The position numbers and the translations under genes are program-made. 64,000 nucleotides of DNA. It comes from Candidatus Omnitrophota bacterium (GTDB lineage: Bacteria > Omnitrophota > Gorgyraeia > Zapsychrales > Fredricksoniimonadaceae). A model generated the notes under the pieces. It searched no databases. It was not told the origin of the DNA and saw only the letters and a program-made list of their open reading frames with translations. Shown here piece after piece: positions 49,160-58,303 of this stretch. Where the stretch lies: contig JBGAJA010000002.1 in assembly GCA_044225175.1 (NCBI GenBank), positions 728,991 through 792,990 on the forward strand, written 5' to 3'. The stretch's first letter is position 1; each line of letters begins with the position of its first letter.

Positions 49160-49874
49160 AGATCTCTCTTTTAAGTCCCCTCAAGAAAATATTCTTTACG
49201 ATGAACTTCTTTTGCAGTTAGCTGATAAGCAAAATGAAGGAGAAGTGCTACGTTTCTGGGAGTCTCCTCAAATTTTTGTTGTACTAGGGCTTATAGGTAA
49301 GGAAAAGGAGGATATTTTCCTAGATCAAGCTAAAACTGATCAAATTCCTGTTTTAAGAAGAACTTCAGGGGGTGGAACAGTGCTTCAAGGGCCAGGATCA
49401 TTGAACTATACCTTGGTTTTGGATAAAAATCGTCATTCAGACTTAGCTGATCTTCGTAAGTCTTACAGTTGGATAAGCGCAAAAGTCATTGAATCCCTTA
49501 GGGTTTGCGGTGTTGAGGCTGTTTTTAAGCCGATTTCTGACATAGCTTTACCTAAGTCTGAGAAAAAGTTTTCTGGAAACGCCCAACACAGGGGCAAAAA
49601 TCATATTTTGCATCATGGAACGATCCTTTATAACTTTAATTTGACTCTAATCAGTCGCTATTTAAGAATGCCTAAAGATATTCCTGATTACCGCCTCAAT
49701 CGTCCACACAGTGACTTTGTTACCAATATCAAGATAGAACCTAAGCAATTTAAAGAGGCTTTAGGAGCTATTTTTGATGTAAAAGTCACCTCAAACTCCC
49801 AAAACCTTACATCACAAGAGGTTTTAGCGTTGCAAGAACTGCTTCAAAAGCGTTCGGTTATTGTGGATTTCTAA
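49149..49874 (+). CDS. Lipoate--protein ligase family protein
   Basis: RRTSGGGTV, KKFSGNAQ, LHHGT; follows the gcv genes. Confidence 0.9.
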   Translation: MQLKDLSFKSPQENILYDELLLQLADKQNEGEVLRFWESPQIFVVLGLIGKEKEDIFLDQAKTDQIPVLRRTSGGGTVLQGPGSLNYTLVLDKNRHSDLADLRKSYSWISAKVIESLRVCGVEAVFKPISDIALPKSEKKFSGNAQHRGKNHILHHGTILYNFNLTLISRYLRMPKDIPDYRLNRPHSDFVTNIKIEPKQFKEALGAIFDVKVTSNSQNLTSQEVLALQELLQKRSVIVDF

Positions 49875-49916
49875 AAAAGTAAGTGAATATTTAAATAGTT
49901 ATGATAATATTTCTCC

Positions 49917-51158
49917 ATGTTATTGAGAAATGTATCCCTTATTATATCTATTTCTATATTATTTATGGTTCCTTCCGTAGAAGCCTCAGCAAAACAAAAA
50001 CCTTCCAAAGATTACAAAGAATACGCTGCTTTTTTTGAAAAAGTTTATAAAACATTTGAGGATAACTATTACCTTGAACCTGATCGTAAAATTTTTGATG
50101 ATTTTTTGGTTAAATTTAAAACCAAGATTTATGCTCAGTTAAGTGGTGAAGGTAAAAGTGATGATTATGTTAAATGGCGAAGTGCTTGGTATTTAGTAGA
50201 TTCTCTGAAGTCCAAAGAAGATCGATTTTCCCAATTTTATCCTCCAAAACCTGCTGAAAAGTTCCAAAAGGAGGCTTTAGGGCAGAATGTAGATTTAGGG
50301 ATTGAAGGTAATAAGTCTGATGTTGGGTTCATTGTGACTCGTATGGAACCACGCTCAGATGCTTATGAAAAGGGTTTAAGAGAAAATGATTTGTTAACGG
50401 CTATTGATGGATTAGATCTTAAAAAACTTACTCAAGAAGATATTGTGAAGAAGCTGACTCCTTTGGTTAATACTAAGGTTAAGTTAACATACCTAGAGCA
50501 TGATACAAAGGCTGCTAAAGCCATTGACGTTGTAAGTAAGGAGTATTTTAAACAGGAAGTGTTTTTAAGGCCTGTAGATGTTCCCGGAGTTTTTGCATTA
50601 GAAATTGTGCATTTTAATCGAACAACTGCAGAAGATTTGTTTCGTTATTTGCAATTTATTGAGCAGCAGAATCCTAGAGGTTTGGTCATCGACCTTAGAG
50701 GAAACCCCGGTGGTCCGCCACTAGCAGCCCGTGAAATAGCTTCCATGTTTTTAAAAGGTGGTGATGAGCTTGTTTATTTTCAAAAAAGGGGTCAACCTCG
50801 TGCGGATTTAGATATTCCTTCAATTCCAGCGCAATATCAATATAAAGGTCCCATTGTAATTCTAGTGAATCAAGACAGCGGTAGTTGTTCTGAGCTTTTT
50901 GCGGGAATTATGCAATATTATAAGCGGGCAGTTATTTTTGGGACAAATACAGCAGGACAAATGCTATTAAAATCAATGTTCCCCATGGAAGATGGGTCAA
51001 TGGTGGCTTTAGTTGTAGCGCGAGGGTATTATCCCAATGGAATTCCTTATAGTTTTAGTGGAGTGGTTCCGGATCAAGTGATTAATGATGCTCCTAAAGA
51101 AGGTTTGATTAATCTTGCCGCAGCTTATATGGTCATGAGCGCTCAAAAGAAACAATGA
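49917..51158 (+). CDS. S41 (CtpA-like) peptidase-family protein with PDZ
   Basis: Signal peptide, LGIE PDZ-like region, IDLRGNPGG, SGSCSELFA. Confidence 0.8.
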   Translation: MLLRNVSLIISISILFMVPSVEASAKQKPSKDYKEYAAFFEKVYKTFEDNYYLEPDRKIFDDFLVKFKTKIYAQLSGEGKSDDYVKWRSAWYLVDSLKSKEDRFSQFYPPKPAEKFQKEALGQNVDLGIEGNKSDVGFIVTRMEPRSDAYEKGLRENDLLTAIDGLDLKKLTQEDIVKKLTPLVNTKVKLTYLEHDTKAAKAIDVVSKEYFKQEVFLRPVDVPGVFALEIVHFNRTTAEDLFRYLQFIEQQNPRGLVIDLRGNPGGPPLAAREIASMFLKGGDELVYFQKRGQPRADLDIPSIPAQYQYKGPIVILVNQDSGSCSELFAGIMQYYKRAVIFGTNTAGQMLLKSMFPMEDGSMVALVVARGYYPNGIPYSFSGVVPDQVINDAPKEGLINLAAAYMVMSAQKKQ

Positions 51159-51493
51159 TACAGCTGTTTTTATTAATGATAGTGCAATTGGTCATAGCCG
51201 TTATTGTAATTCTTGTTCTTAAAAGGCTTTTAGACCGTGAACTTAAGAAGGCTGCACTTGAAAAGTTTCAAACTTTAAAGATTAATGGGGAGAAGACCAT
51301 TACTATTTATTACGCAGGACAGTTATCTGCCCATGTTAAGGAAGAATTATTAGATGTTGCGAGAAATAAGTATAAAGAAAGTAATCTTGTTTTTGAACAG
51401 AACCAAATTCTTAAAGGCGGCTTAGTGATTGTCGTTGATGAACAGATGCTTGATTTCAGCGTATCTAATCGTCTAGAAAATTTTTGGTTATGA
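51155..51493 (+). CDS. TM-anchored protein with an ATP synthase delta (OSCP) C-terminal-like domain
   Basis: N-terminal TM; ILKGGLVIVVDEQMLDFSVSNRL resembles the delta-subunit C-terminus. Confidence 0.6.
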   Translation: MIQLFLLMIVQLVIAVIVILVLKRLLDRELKKAALEKFQTLKINGEKTITIYYAGQLSAHVKEELLDVARNKYKESNLVFEQNQILKGGLVIVVDEQMLDFSVSNRLENFWL

Positions 51494-52209
51494 ATTTAAA
51501 TTCCATAAAGATACTAATTATTGTTCCTGCTTTTAACGAGAGCGGAAATATTGCGCGTACGATTAGTGATATTAAGAATCAGAATTTGCCTCTTGATATT
51601 GTTGTTATTGATGACGGATCAACTGATACAACCGTTCGTGAAGCTGTTGCTGCAGGAGCCAACGTTGTTTCATTGCCCTTTAATTTAGGCATAGGTGGTG
51701 CAGTCCAAACTGGTTTTAAGTATGCTCTCAAGCATGATTATGATATTGCGATCCAAATGGATGGTGATGGACAGCATGACGGTAATTTCCTTGTTAAATT
51801 AATTAATCCTATTTTAGAAAATCAAGCGGATATGGTAGTGGGGAGTCGTTTTATTGAAGATAATGGGGGCTTCAAATCTTCTTTTGCTCGTCGAATAGGA
51901 ATTCGTTTCTTTGTTTCGTTAATCAATTTTCTTACTGGATTGAAGATTACTGATCCTACGTCTGGTTTTAGGGCCCATAATAAGAAAATGATTGCTGCTT
52001 TTGCGCGTAGTTATCCGCAAGATTTTCCAGAACCTGAAGCTATTGTGGTAGCTAAACATATTGGTGCTCAAATTAATGAGGTTTCTGTTTTGATGCGCAG
52101 ACGCGAAGATGGTAGTAGTTCGATTCGTCATATGAAAAGTGTCTATTATATGGTGAAGGTGACCTTTGCTATTTGCTTACATATGATTCAATCTCCTCAA
52201 AGGAAATAG
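51490..52209 (+). CDS. Glycosyltransferase family 2 (DPM-synthase-like)
   Basis: IIVPAFNE, IDDGSTD, MDGDGQH, GSRF, DPTSGFR. Confidence 0.92.
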   Translation: MNLNSIKILIIVPAFNESGNIARTISDIKNQNLPLDIVVIDDGSTDTTVREAVAAGANVVSLPFNLGIGGAVQTGFKYALKHDYDIAIQMDGDGQHDGNFLVKLINPILENQADMVVGSRFIEDNGGFKSSFARRIGIRFFVSLINFLTGLKITDPTSGFRAHNKKMIAAFARSYPQDFPEPEAIVVAKHIGAQINEVSVLMRRREDGSSSIRHMKSVYYMVKVTFAICLHMIQSPQRK

Positions 52210-52566
52210 ATGATGAATATACATTTTCTCGCAATCGCCTTGTCTCTTTTAATTTTTTTGTTAGTTGTGGATTTGGTTCGCCGTCAAAAATTAACTTTTA
52301 AATATGCTTTGGCTTGGTTGATGGTTTCAGGATCTGCAGTTTTCTTTGCTATTTTTTATAAGTTTCTTTTTAAGATAGCAGACTTTTTGGGTTTTGAGCT
52401 TCCTAGCAACTTTATTTTTTTCACATTATTTTGTGTCTTCGTGTTCTTAAGCCTTGTGCTAACAGTGTTTTTGTGTCAGCAGAATAATCGTAATGACACT
52501 ATGGCTCAAAAAATTGCGCTTTTAGAATTTGATATTAAGCAAATTAAACAAAAAACCTCAACCTAG
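52210..52566 (+). CDS. DUF2304-like membrane protein
   Basis: Three TMs, L..KYALAW, C-terminal AQKIALL; typical partner of DPM-like GT2. Confidence 0.75.
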   Translation: MMNIHFLAIALSLLIFLLVVDLVRRQKLTFKYALAWLMVSGSAVFFAIFYKFLFKIADFLGFELPSNFIFFTLFCVFVFLSLVLTVFLCQQNNRNDTMAQKIALLEFDIKQIKQKTST

Positions 52567-52577
52567 AAAGCTTTCAC

Positions 52578-53561
52578 TTGATTCTTAGTGTTATTGTGCC
52601 TGCCTATAATGCTCAGGGAACGATTGGTAAAACCCTGAAAGCTTTAACCGAACAAGATTTTTCAGGATCTTTTGAGATTATCGTTGTTGATGACGGGTCT
52701 ACGGATCAAACTGCCGAAATTATACGCACATTTCCTAAAGTTCAATACATTTATCAGCCCAATGCTGGTCCTGGGACGGCTCGTAATCATGGAGCAAAAG
52801 TCTCTCAAGGGCAAGTACTTGCCTTTACGGATTCAGATTGTATTCCTCATAAAGATTGGCTTACTCGTTTGATGGAAGGGTTTATATCAGATGATGTTGG
52901 GGTTGTTATGGGTAGTTATGGAATTGTTAATAAGGAGAGTTTATTAGCTTTCTGTGTTTATAAAGAAATTATTTTTCGGCATAACAAATTTTTGAGTGAT
53001 TTTCCAAAAGTTTTTGGAGGGTATAATTTTTGTATAAAAAAAATTGTTTTTGAGCAGGTAGGTGGTTTTAATACTTCCTATAGGAATGCAAGCGGGGAAG
53101 ACAATGATCTAAGTTATAAGATCATTTCAAGTAATTGGCGCATTTATTTTGAGCGTAAAGCCCTTGTAGACCACTATCATCCAACTCAATTGAATAAGTA
53201 TTTGAAAGAACAGTTTCGTCATGGTTTTTGGAGGGTGCGTATGTACATGGATCACCCTGGCATGGCTTCTGGGGATGGGTATACGTTCTGGAAGGATATT
53301 GTAGAGATACCTCTAAGTCTGTTTATCATAGTATTTATTTTGCTAAGTCCTTTTAATCTAATAAGTTTTAAAGATTTGTTTTTTTATCTTTTCTTTCCTT
53401 TTTTGTTTTTGGAAATTTTTTTCGCACAGAGGATGCTTCATGATATCAATAAAGAATTTTTTTGGGGATTTGTTATGTTTTTAAGAAGTTTTAGCAGAGC
53501 TTTAGGTTTGTCGACGGGAATTTTGTATATTTTTATTAAAAAAAATTTAAATAAACCTTGA
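52578..53561 (+). CDS. Glycosyltransferase family 2 with C-terminal TMs
   Basis: SVIVPAYN, VDDGSTD, FTDSDC, GEDNDL, EQFRHG. Confidence 0.9.
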   Translation: MILSVIVPAYNAQGTIGKTLKALTEQDFSGSFEIIVVDDGSTDQTAEIIRTFPKVQYIYQPNAGPGTARNHGAKVSQGQVLAFTDSDCIPHKDWLTRLMEGFISDDVGVVMGSYGIVNKESLLAFCVYKEIIFRHNKFLSDFPKVFGGYNFCIKKIVFEQVGGFNTSYRNASGEDNDLSYKIISSNWRIYFERKALVDHYHPTQLNKYLKEQFRHGFWRVRMYMDHPGMASGDGYTFWKDIVEIPLSLFIIVFILLSPFNLISFKDLFFYLFFPFLFLEIFFAQRMLHDINKEFFWGFVMFLRSFSRALGLSTGILYIFIKKNLNKP

Positions 53562-53677
53562 AACACATTAATGCTATGTTAAGATGATTCCATATTATAG
53601 ATAAATAAATTTTTAGAAATGCCTTAAAAATGTTATTAGATGTTTTTCTTCGACGATATTTTAATTAAAAGGTGAAT

Positions 53678-54268
53678 ATGGCTAAAGAGACAGCCGAACA
53701 AAAGTTACTCAAAGCACTTCAGAAAAAATCACCAGGAGCAGTTCCTTCCGTCGGCAAAAAGCTTGATGAGAAGAAGAAATTAAATTTTTCTTTTTCAATT
53801 TTTGATCTCAATAAAATTTTATTTATAGCCATTCTTGTTTGTCTCGCCATTTTAATTTATCAATTTCATTCCGGTTCCGTTTTAATTAATAAAGATGTCA
53901 GTTTTCTAGATCAAGTCAAAACCAACCCTGCCAAAGAACAAATAAATAATCTCAAAGAAAAAAACGATGTTAAGTATTACATTAATAGTTTTGGAAATCG
54001 TAATATTTTTAAACCATACGACATTTCTCTTGGCAAAGCAGCTGCAGGCCAGCCAGATTTAGCTAAGCGTTTAACAAAATATAAACTTGTTGGAGTTGCT
54101 TGGCTTGATCTTCCTGAATCTGCCTCAATTATGGTTGAAGATTCTCAAACGAAAACAACATATTTTCTTAAAACTGGAGAAAAATTAGAAGGCGTAACAG
54201 TTAAGACTATCTATACGGATAGAGTAGTCTTCAGTTACGAAAATGAGGAGACGACAATTAAGCTATGA
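53678..54268 (+). CDS. GspC/PilP-like type II secretion accessory protein
   Basis: Single TM, RNIFKP, YKLVGV...A.I......TYFLKTGEKL.GV.VK.I..DRVV HR-domain pattern; directly before a secretin. Confidence 0.7.
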   Translation: MAKETAEQKLLKALQKKSPGAVPSVGKKLDEKKKLNFSFSIFDLNKILFIAILVCLAILIYQFHSGSVLINKDVSFLDQVKTNPAKEQINNLKEKNDVKYYINSFGNRNIFKPYDISLGKAAAGQPDLAKRLTKYKLVGVAWLDLPESASIMVEDSQTKTTYFLKTGEKLEGVTVKTIYTDRVVFSYENEETTIKL

Positions 54269-55935
54269 TAAAACATATCCTTAAACCCAAACTGATTTTA
54301 TTGTTGGTTTTGTTTTTTACGATGCCAATGATTCTTATTGCATCCCGAGCCTACTCTCAGGAAGAAAATGCTTCGGACGCTAATGAGAATGCAGGGGCGG
54401 AGCTTCCTAAACCAATTATTTTAACCGAACCTAAAGAGCCTCTTGAAGATCGTATGCAGCGCAAGATTACTTTAGATGTCCGCGATATGAATGTCGTCGA
54501 TGTTATTAAATTTCTTGCTCAAAAAGGTGAATTTAATGTGGTTATTTCCCCTAATGTTGATGGTCGCACAACAGTGTTGCTACATGCTGTTTCAATCCAA
54601 GATGCCTTAGACATTGTTTCGATTTCAAATAAGCTGGCTTATCACACAGAAGGTCAAATTCTTCAAATAATGTCTGCTGCAGAATATGAAGCGCTTTATG
54701 GAAAACAATTTGGTGATAAAACACAAGTTACAATTATTCATTTGCAGTATTCAAAACCAAGCTATGTATTAGCTGCTTTGGATAACATGAAAAGTAATAT
54801 TGGAAAGATTATTATTGATGAAGATACAGGAACAGTTGTTTTAGTAGATACTCCTCAATCAATTACTGTGATGAAAAAAGCAATCGAACAGATTGAACGA
54901 CCATTAGATACTTTTGTTTATGATCTTAAGTATGCAAAGGCAGATGTGGTTGCTGAGAAATTGCGTTCAAGGATTGATGCCAAAGCTGTTGGATCAATCA
55001 CTGCTGATGAACGTTCTAATCAATTGCTTGTCAGGGTTTTTCCAGGAAGACATGATGAAGTAGAGAAGATCATTAAAAGCTTAGATGAGCCAACCAAAGA
55101 AGTTTTAATCGAAGCTCGTGTTTTGGAAATTATCTTGAAACCTAATTACGATATGGGAATTGATTGGAAAGATCAAATCTTTAATAATGGTAAAAGTAAA
55201 TTTAGTGTATCTGGTAATTATCTTAATGATTCCAGCCCTTCTGATCCTTTAAATTCTGTTTTTACCAGAATAGGTGTAGGTAATGCTAATACCAAAGACT
55301 TTACTTTAGCTATTAGATCTTTACAACAAGTCAGTGATACTAAAATCCTTTCAACCCCTCAAATATTAGTAACTAATAATGAAGAAGCTAAGATTCACAT
55401 TGGGGATACCGTTCCTTATATAGTCTCAACAACCAATGGTACGGGTGATAATGCTGTAAGAAGCGAAGACGTAAGATTTATAGATGTTGGACTTAAGTTG
55501 GATGTTGTTCCAGTCATCAATGATGATGGAATGGTTACCATGAGACTTCGTCCAGAAATTTCTTCAGTTGTTGGAAAAATTACTTCCCAAGGCGGTGGAA
55601 TTCCCCAAGTTAATAAAACTGAGGTTGAAACTAGCGTTATGGTTCTTGATGGCCAAACTATTGTTTTGGCAGGGTTAAGAAAAGAAGACAAATCACACAT
55701 TAAAAAAGGACTTCCAGTCTTAATGAATGTCCCATATTTAGGAAATTTATTTTCCAGCACATCAGATGCAATAACTTCTACTGAAATCGTTATTTTAATT
55801 ACGCCACATATTATTAAAGGTAGCGATGATTATGCAAAAGTTCAAGGAACTGTTAAACCTGCTAAGAATTATGATGAAAACTTTAAAATGAAGGAACCGG
55901 TTCAAAGTGACAATCAACCACCGGCTAAATACTAA
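54265..55935 (+). CDS. Secretin (GspD/PilQ family)
   Basis: Signal peptide, STN/N domains, DERSNQL, VLIEARVLE, STPQILVTNNEEAKIHIG, LPVLMNVPYLGNLF, EIVILITPHI. Confidence 0.93.
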   Translation: MIKHILKPKLILLLVLFFTMPMILIASRAYSQEENASDANENAGAELPKPIILTEPKEPLEDRMQRKITLDVRDMNVVDVIKFLAQKGEFNVVISPNVDGRTTVLLHAVSIQDALDIVSISNKLAYHTEGQILQIMSAAEYEALYGKQFGDKTQVTIIHLQYSKPSYVLAALDNMKSNIGKIIIDEDTGTVVLVDTPQSITVMKKAIEQIERPLDTFVYDLKYAKADVVAEKLRSRIDAKAVGSITADERSNQLLVRVFPGRHDEVEKIIKSLDEPTKEVLIEARVLEIILKPNYDMGIDWKDQIFNNGKSKFSVSGNYLNDSSPSDPLNSVFTRIGVGNANTKDFTLAIRSLQQVSDTKILSTPQILVTNNEEAKIHIGDTVPYIVSTTNGTGDNAVRSEDVRFIDVGLKLDVVPVINDDGMVTMRLRPEISSVVGKITSQGGGIPQVNKTEVETSVMVLDGQTIVLAGLRKEDKSHIKKGLPVLMNVPYLGNLFSSTSDAITSTEIVILITPHIIKGSDDYAKVQGTVKPAKNYDENFKMKEPVQSDNQPPAKY

Positions 55936-55953
55936 TTGAAGCGGAGAAACCTT

Positions 55954-56709
55954 ATGGGTAACCACAACTGGTCTAGAGTTTCAAAACACATTACAGTAAT
56001 GATTATTTTAATGGTTTGTTGGGCAATGGGACAACACCCAGCAGTTTATGCTCAAGATAATACAGATGTTCCAGCTGAACTTGGAACACCACAACCACAA
56101 GATGATCGCGAGCAATTTGTTAAAGAAATTCGACGTGTTGAAAATTTAAACAGAAAATATACTAAAGAAATTGAAGAAATCAAGTCGCTTTTATCTGAAA
56201 AAGATGAAGATTTCCAAAAAAGAATGAAGAGTTTAGAGGATAAATTAGTTTCTCAGCAAGGCGAAAGCAAAAAAACAATTGTAGATGAGAAAAATCAACA
56301 AACTTCCAAAGAATTAGAAGTTAAAACCAATGAAATGCTTTCAAAAGGTGTTGATTTAGATTTGGATGATCAACAATTTAAAGAAGAATTAGCTAAAGCA
56401 CATTACAACATGGGAAATATTTATTTTGAACGTGGCGAATATCAAAGAGCGGTCGTCGAATATTATCAAGCTGTTGATTTAACTCCAAATGATCCAGATA
56501 CACACTACAATTTAGCCTTCGTCAGTGGAGAGTATTTAGGTGACCAAGAAACTGCTCTTAAGCATTATCAATGGTATTTGTACCTAAAACCTAATGCAGC
56601 TGACGCCAGTAATGTTAAAGCAAAGATTATACAAGCTAAATTACACTTTAGAGCTAAGGTAGATTCAATAATTGATAAAGATAACGGTCACTACAATCTT
56701 GTTCGTTAA
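55954..56709 (+). CDS. Exported coiled-coil + TPR protein
   Basis: Signal peptide; AHYNMGNIYFERGEYQRAV..Y..A...P.D...HYNLA TPR motifs. Confidence 0.85.
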   Translation: MGNHNWSRVSKHITVMIILMVCWAMGQHPAVYAQDNTDVPAELGTPQPQDDREQFVKEIRRVENLNRKYTKEIEEIKSLLSEKDEDFQKRMKSLEDKLVSQQGESKKTIVDEKNQQTSKELEVKTNEMLSKGVDLDLDDQQFKEELAKAHYNMGNIYFERGEYQRAVVEYYQAVDLTPNDPDTHYNLAFVSGEYLGDQETALKHYQWYLYLKPNAADASNVKAKIIQAKLHFRAKVDSIIDKDNGHYNLVR

Positions 56710-56737
56710 ATTTTTTTCTAAATAGATTTCTAAAATT

Positions 56738-58303
56738 ATGACCCAGAAGTTTTCACAAATTGTATTCACACTAATAGCTATTTGTCTTTTGACAACAGTT
56801 GCACAAGCTAACAATTTGTCCATATCTAACGTTACTTTAGGGACCAGAAATCCTGGTGCCAATTCTCTTATTGTTAAATTTAATGTGAGTTGGGATCATT
56901 CTTGGCACAATAAGATTAATCATGATGCCGCATGGCTTACTATTCGACTACACAATACATCTGATACCACAACCAATAAAAAAATTTGTGAGGTTAGTGC
57001 GAGTGGAATAAATCCAGCAGGGTCTTCCGTCGGAACAGCTACAAATTTGGAATTTTATGTACCTTCAGATAAAAAAGGGGCATTTTTAAGAAGATCTTCT
57101 AATGGTAACGTTATTAATGTGTCCACACAAGGTGCTCAGTTGACAATTGATTACAGTAGTTGTGGTTTTTCTGATGATGACCAAATTATTGCCAGCGTTT
57201 TTGGGGTTGAAATGGTTTTTATTCCTCAAGGTGATTTTTACGCTGGAGATTATGATACTAGCACTGCTTCATTAGATCAGGGAACTGCAGATAATCGTCC
57301 ATGGCACATAATTAATGAAAACTCAATTTCAGTAAACAATCCTTCTACAGGTGGATTTCGCTATATTTCTAATAATAACTCAGGAGAAGTAGCCACAGGA
57401 GCATCGTTTGCTATTCCTAATAATTTTCCCAAAGGTTACGCTCCATTTTATGTCATGAAATATGAAATTACTGAAGGTCAATGGGTTGAATTTATCAATT
57501 CTTTAGGATCTGCTGCTGCCCGCTCTAATCGCGATTTGACCGATAATAATCATAAGAATTCCGATGCAGTGACAGCAAGAAATACAATTAGTTGTTCAGG
57601 TTCGCCATTGAGTTGTTCTACTCTACGTCCTGCCCGCGCAGTAAGTTTTTTAAGTTGGATGGATTTAGCAGCATTTTTAGATTGGAATGCTCTTCGACCT
57701 ATGAGTGAATTAGAGTTTGAAAAAATTGCCAGAGGTCCAAGTTTACCAATCCCCGGTGAATATGTATGGGGAAATACTATAATTGCACCAGCTGCTGATT
57801 TAAGCGGTGATGAAGATGGCTCCGAAACAATCACTACTACAGATGCCAATGTCAATATTCTTGGTAATTCAAGCTTTGTTGGGGGAGATGCCCAAGCAGG
57901 ACCTATACGATCCGGAATTTTTGCTACAAGTGCAACTAATAGAACAACCGCTGGTGCTGGTTACTATGGAGTCATGGAATTGTCAGGTAATCTTAAAGAA
58001 CACGTAGTCACAATCGGAAATCCTTCAGCGCTTACTTTCGACGGTACCCAAGAAGGAGATGGTGTTTTGACCTCAGTTTCTGGATTTGAAGGTAATGCGA
58101 ATACTATTTCTTGGCCAGGAACTGATGCTACTCCAGCAAATGGTGTAACAGGAGCGGATGGTTCTGGTTTTCGAGGTGGATCATGGGCTGATTTGACTAA
58201 TAGTTTATTAAGGACATCTGATCGTAGTGAAGCTTCGTTATCTTCAACATCAGCAGCAGATAATTTTGGCGGTAGAGGGGTTCGAACATATGATGGCAAT
58301 TAA
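56738..58303 (+). CDS. Secreted FGE-sulfatase (SUMF1/CLec-fold) domain protein 1
   Basis: Signal peptide; MVFIPQGDFYAG, MKYEITEGQW, LRPMSELEFEK, YGVMELSGN..E, RGGSW, GGRGVR. Confidence 0.85.
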   Translation: MTQKFSQIVFTLIAICLLTTVAQANNLSISNVTLGTRNPGANSLIVKFNVSWDHSWHNKINHDAAWLTIRLHNTSDTTTNKKICEVSASGINPAGSSVGTATNLEFYVPSDKKGAFLRRSSNGNVINVSTQGAQLTIDYSSCGFSDDDQIIASVFGVEMVFIPQGDFYAGDYDTSTASLDQGTADNRPWHIINENSISVNNPSTGGFRYISNNNSGEVATGASFAIPNNFPKGYAPFYVMKYEITEGQWVEFINSLGSAAARSNRDLTDNNHKNSDAVTARNTISCSGSPLSCSTLRPARAVSFLSWMDLAAFLDWNALRPMSELEFEKIARGPSLPIPGEYVWGNTIIAPAADLSGDEDGSETITTTDANVNILGNSSFVGGDAQAGPIRSGIFATSATNRTTAGAGYYGVMELSGNLKEHVVTIGNPSALTFDGTQEGDGVLTSVSGFEGNANTISWPGTDATPANGVTGADGSGFRGGSWADLTNSLLRTSDRSEASLSSTSAADNFGGRGVRTYDGN

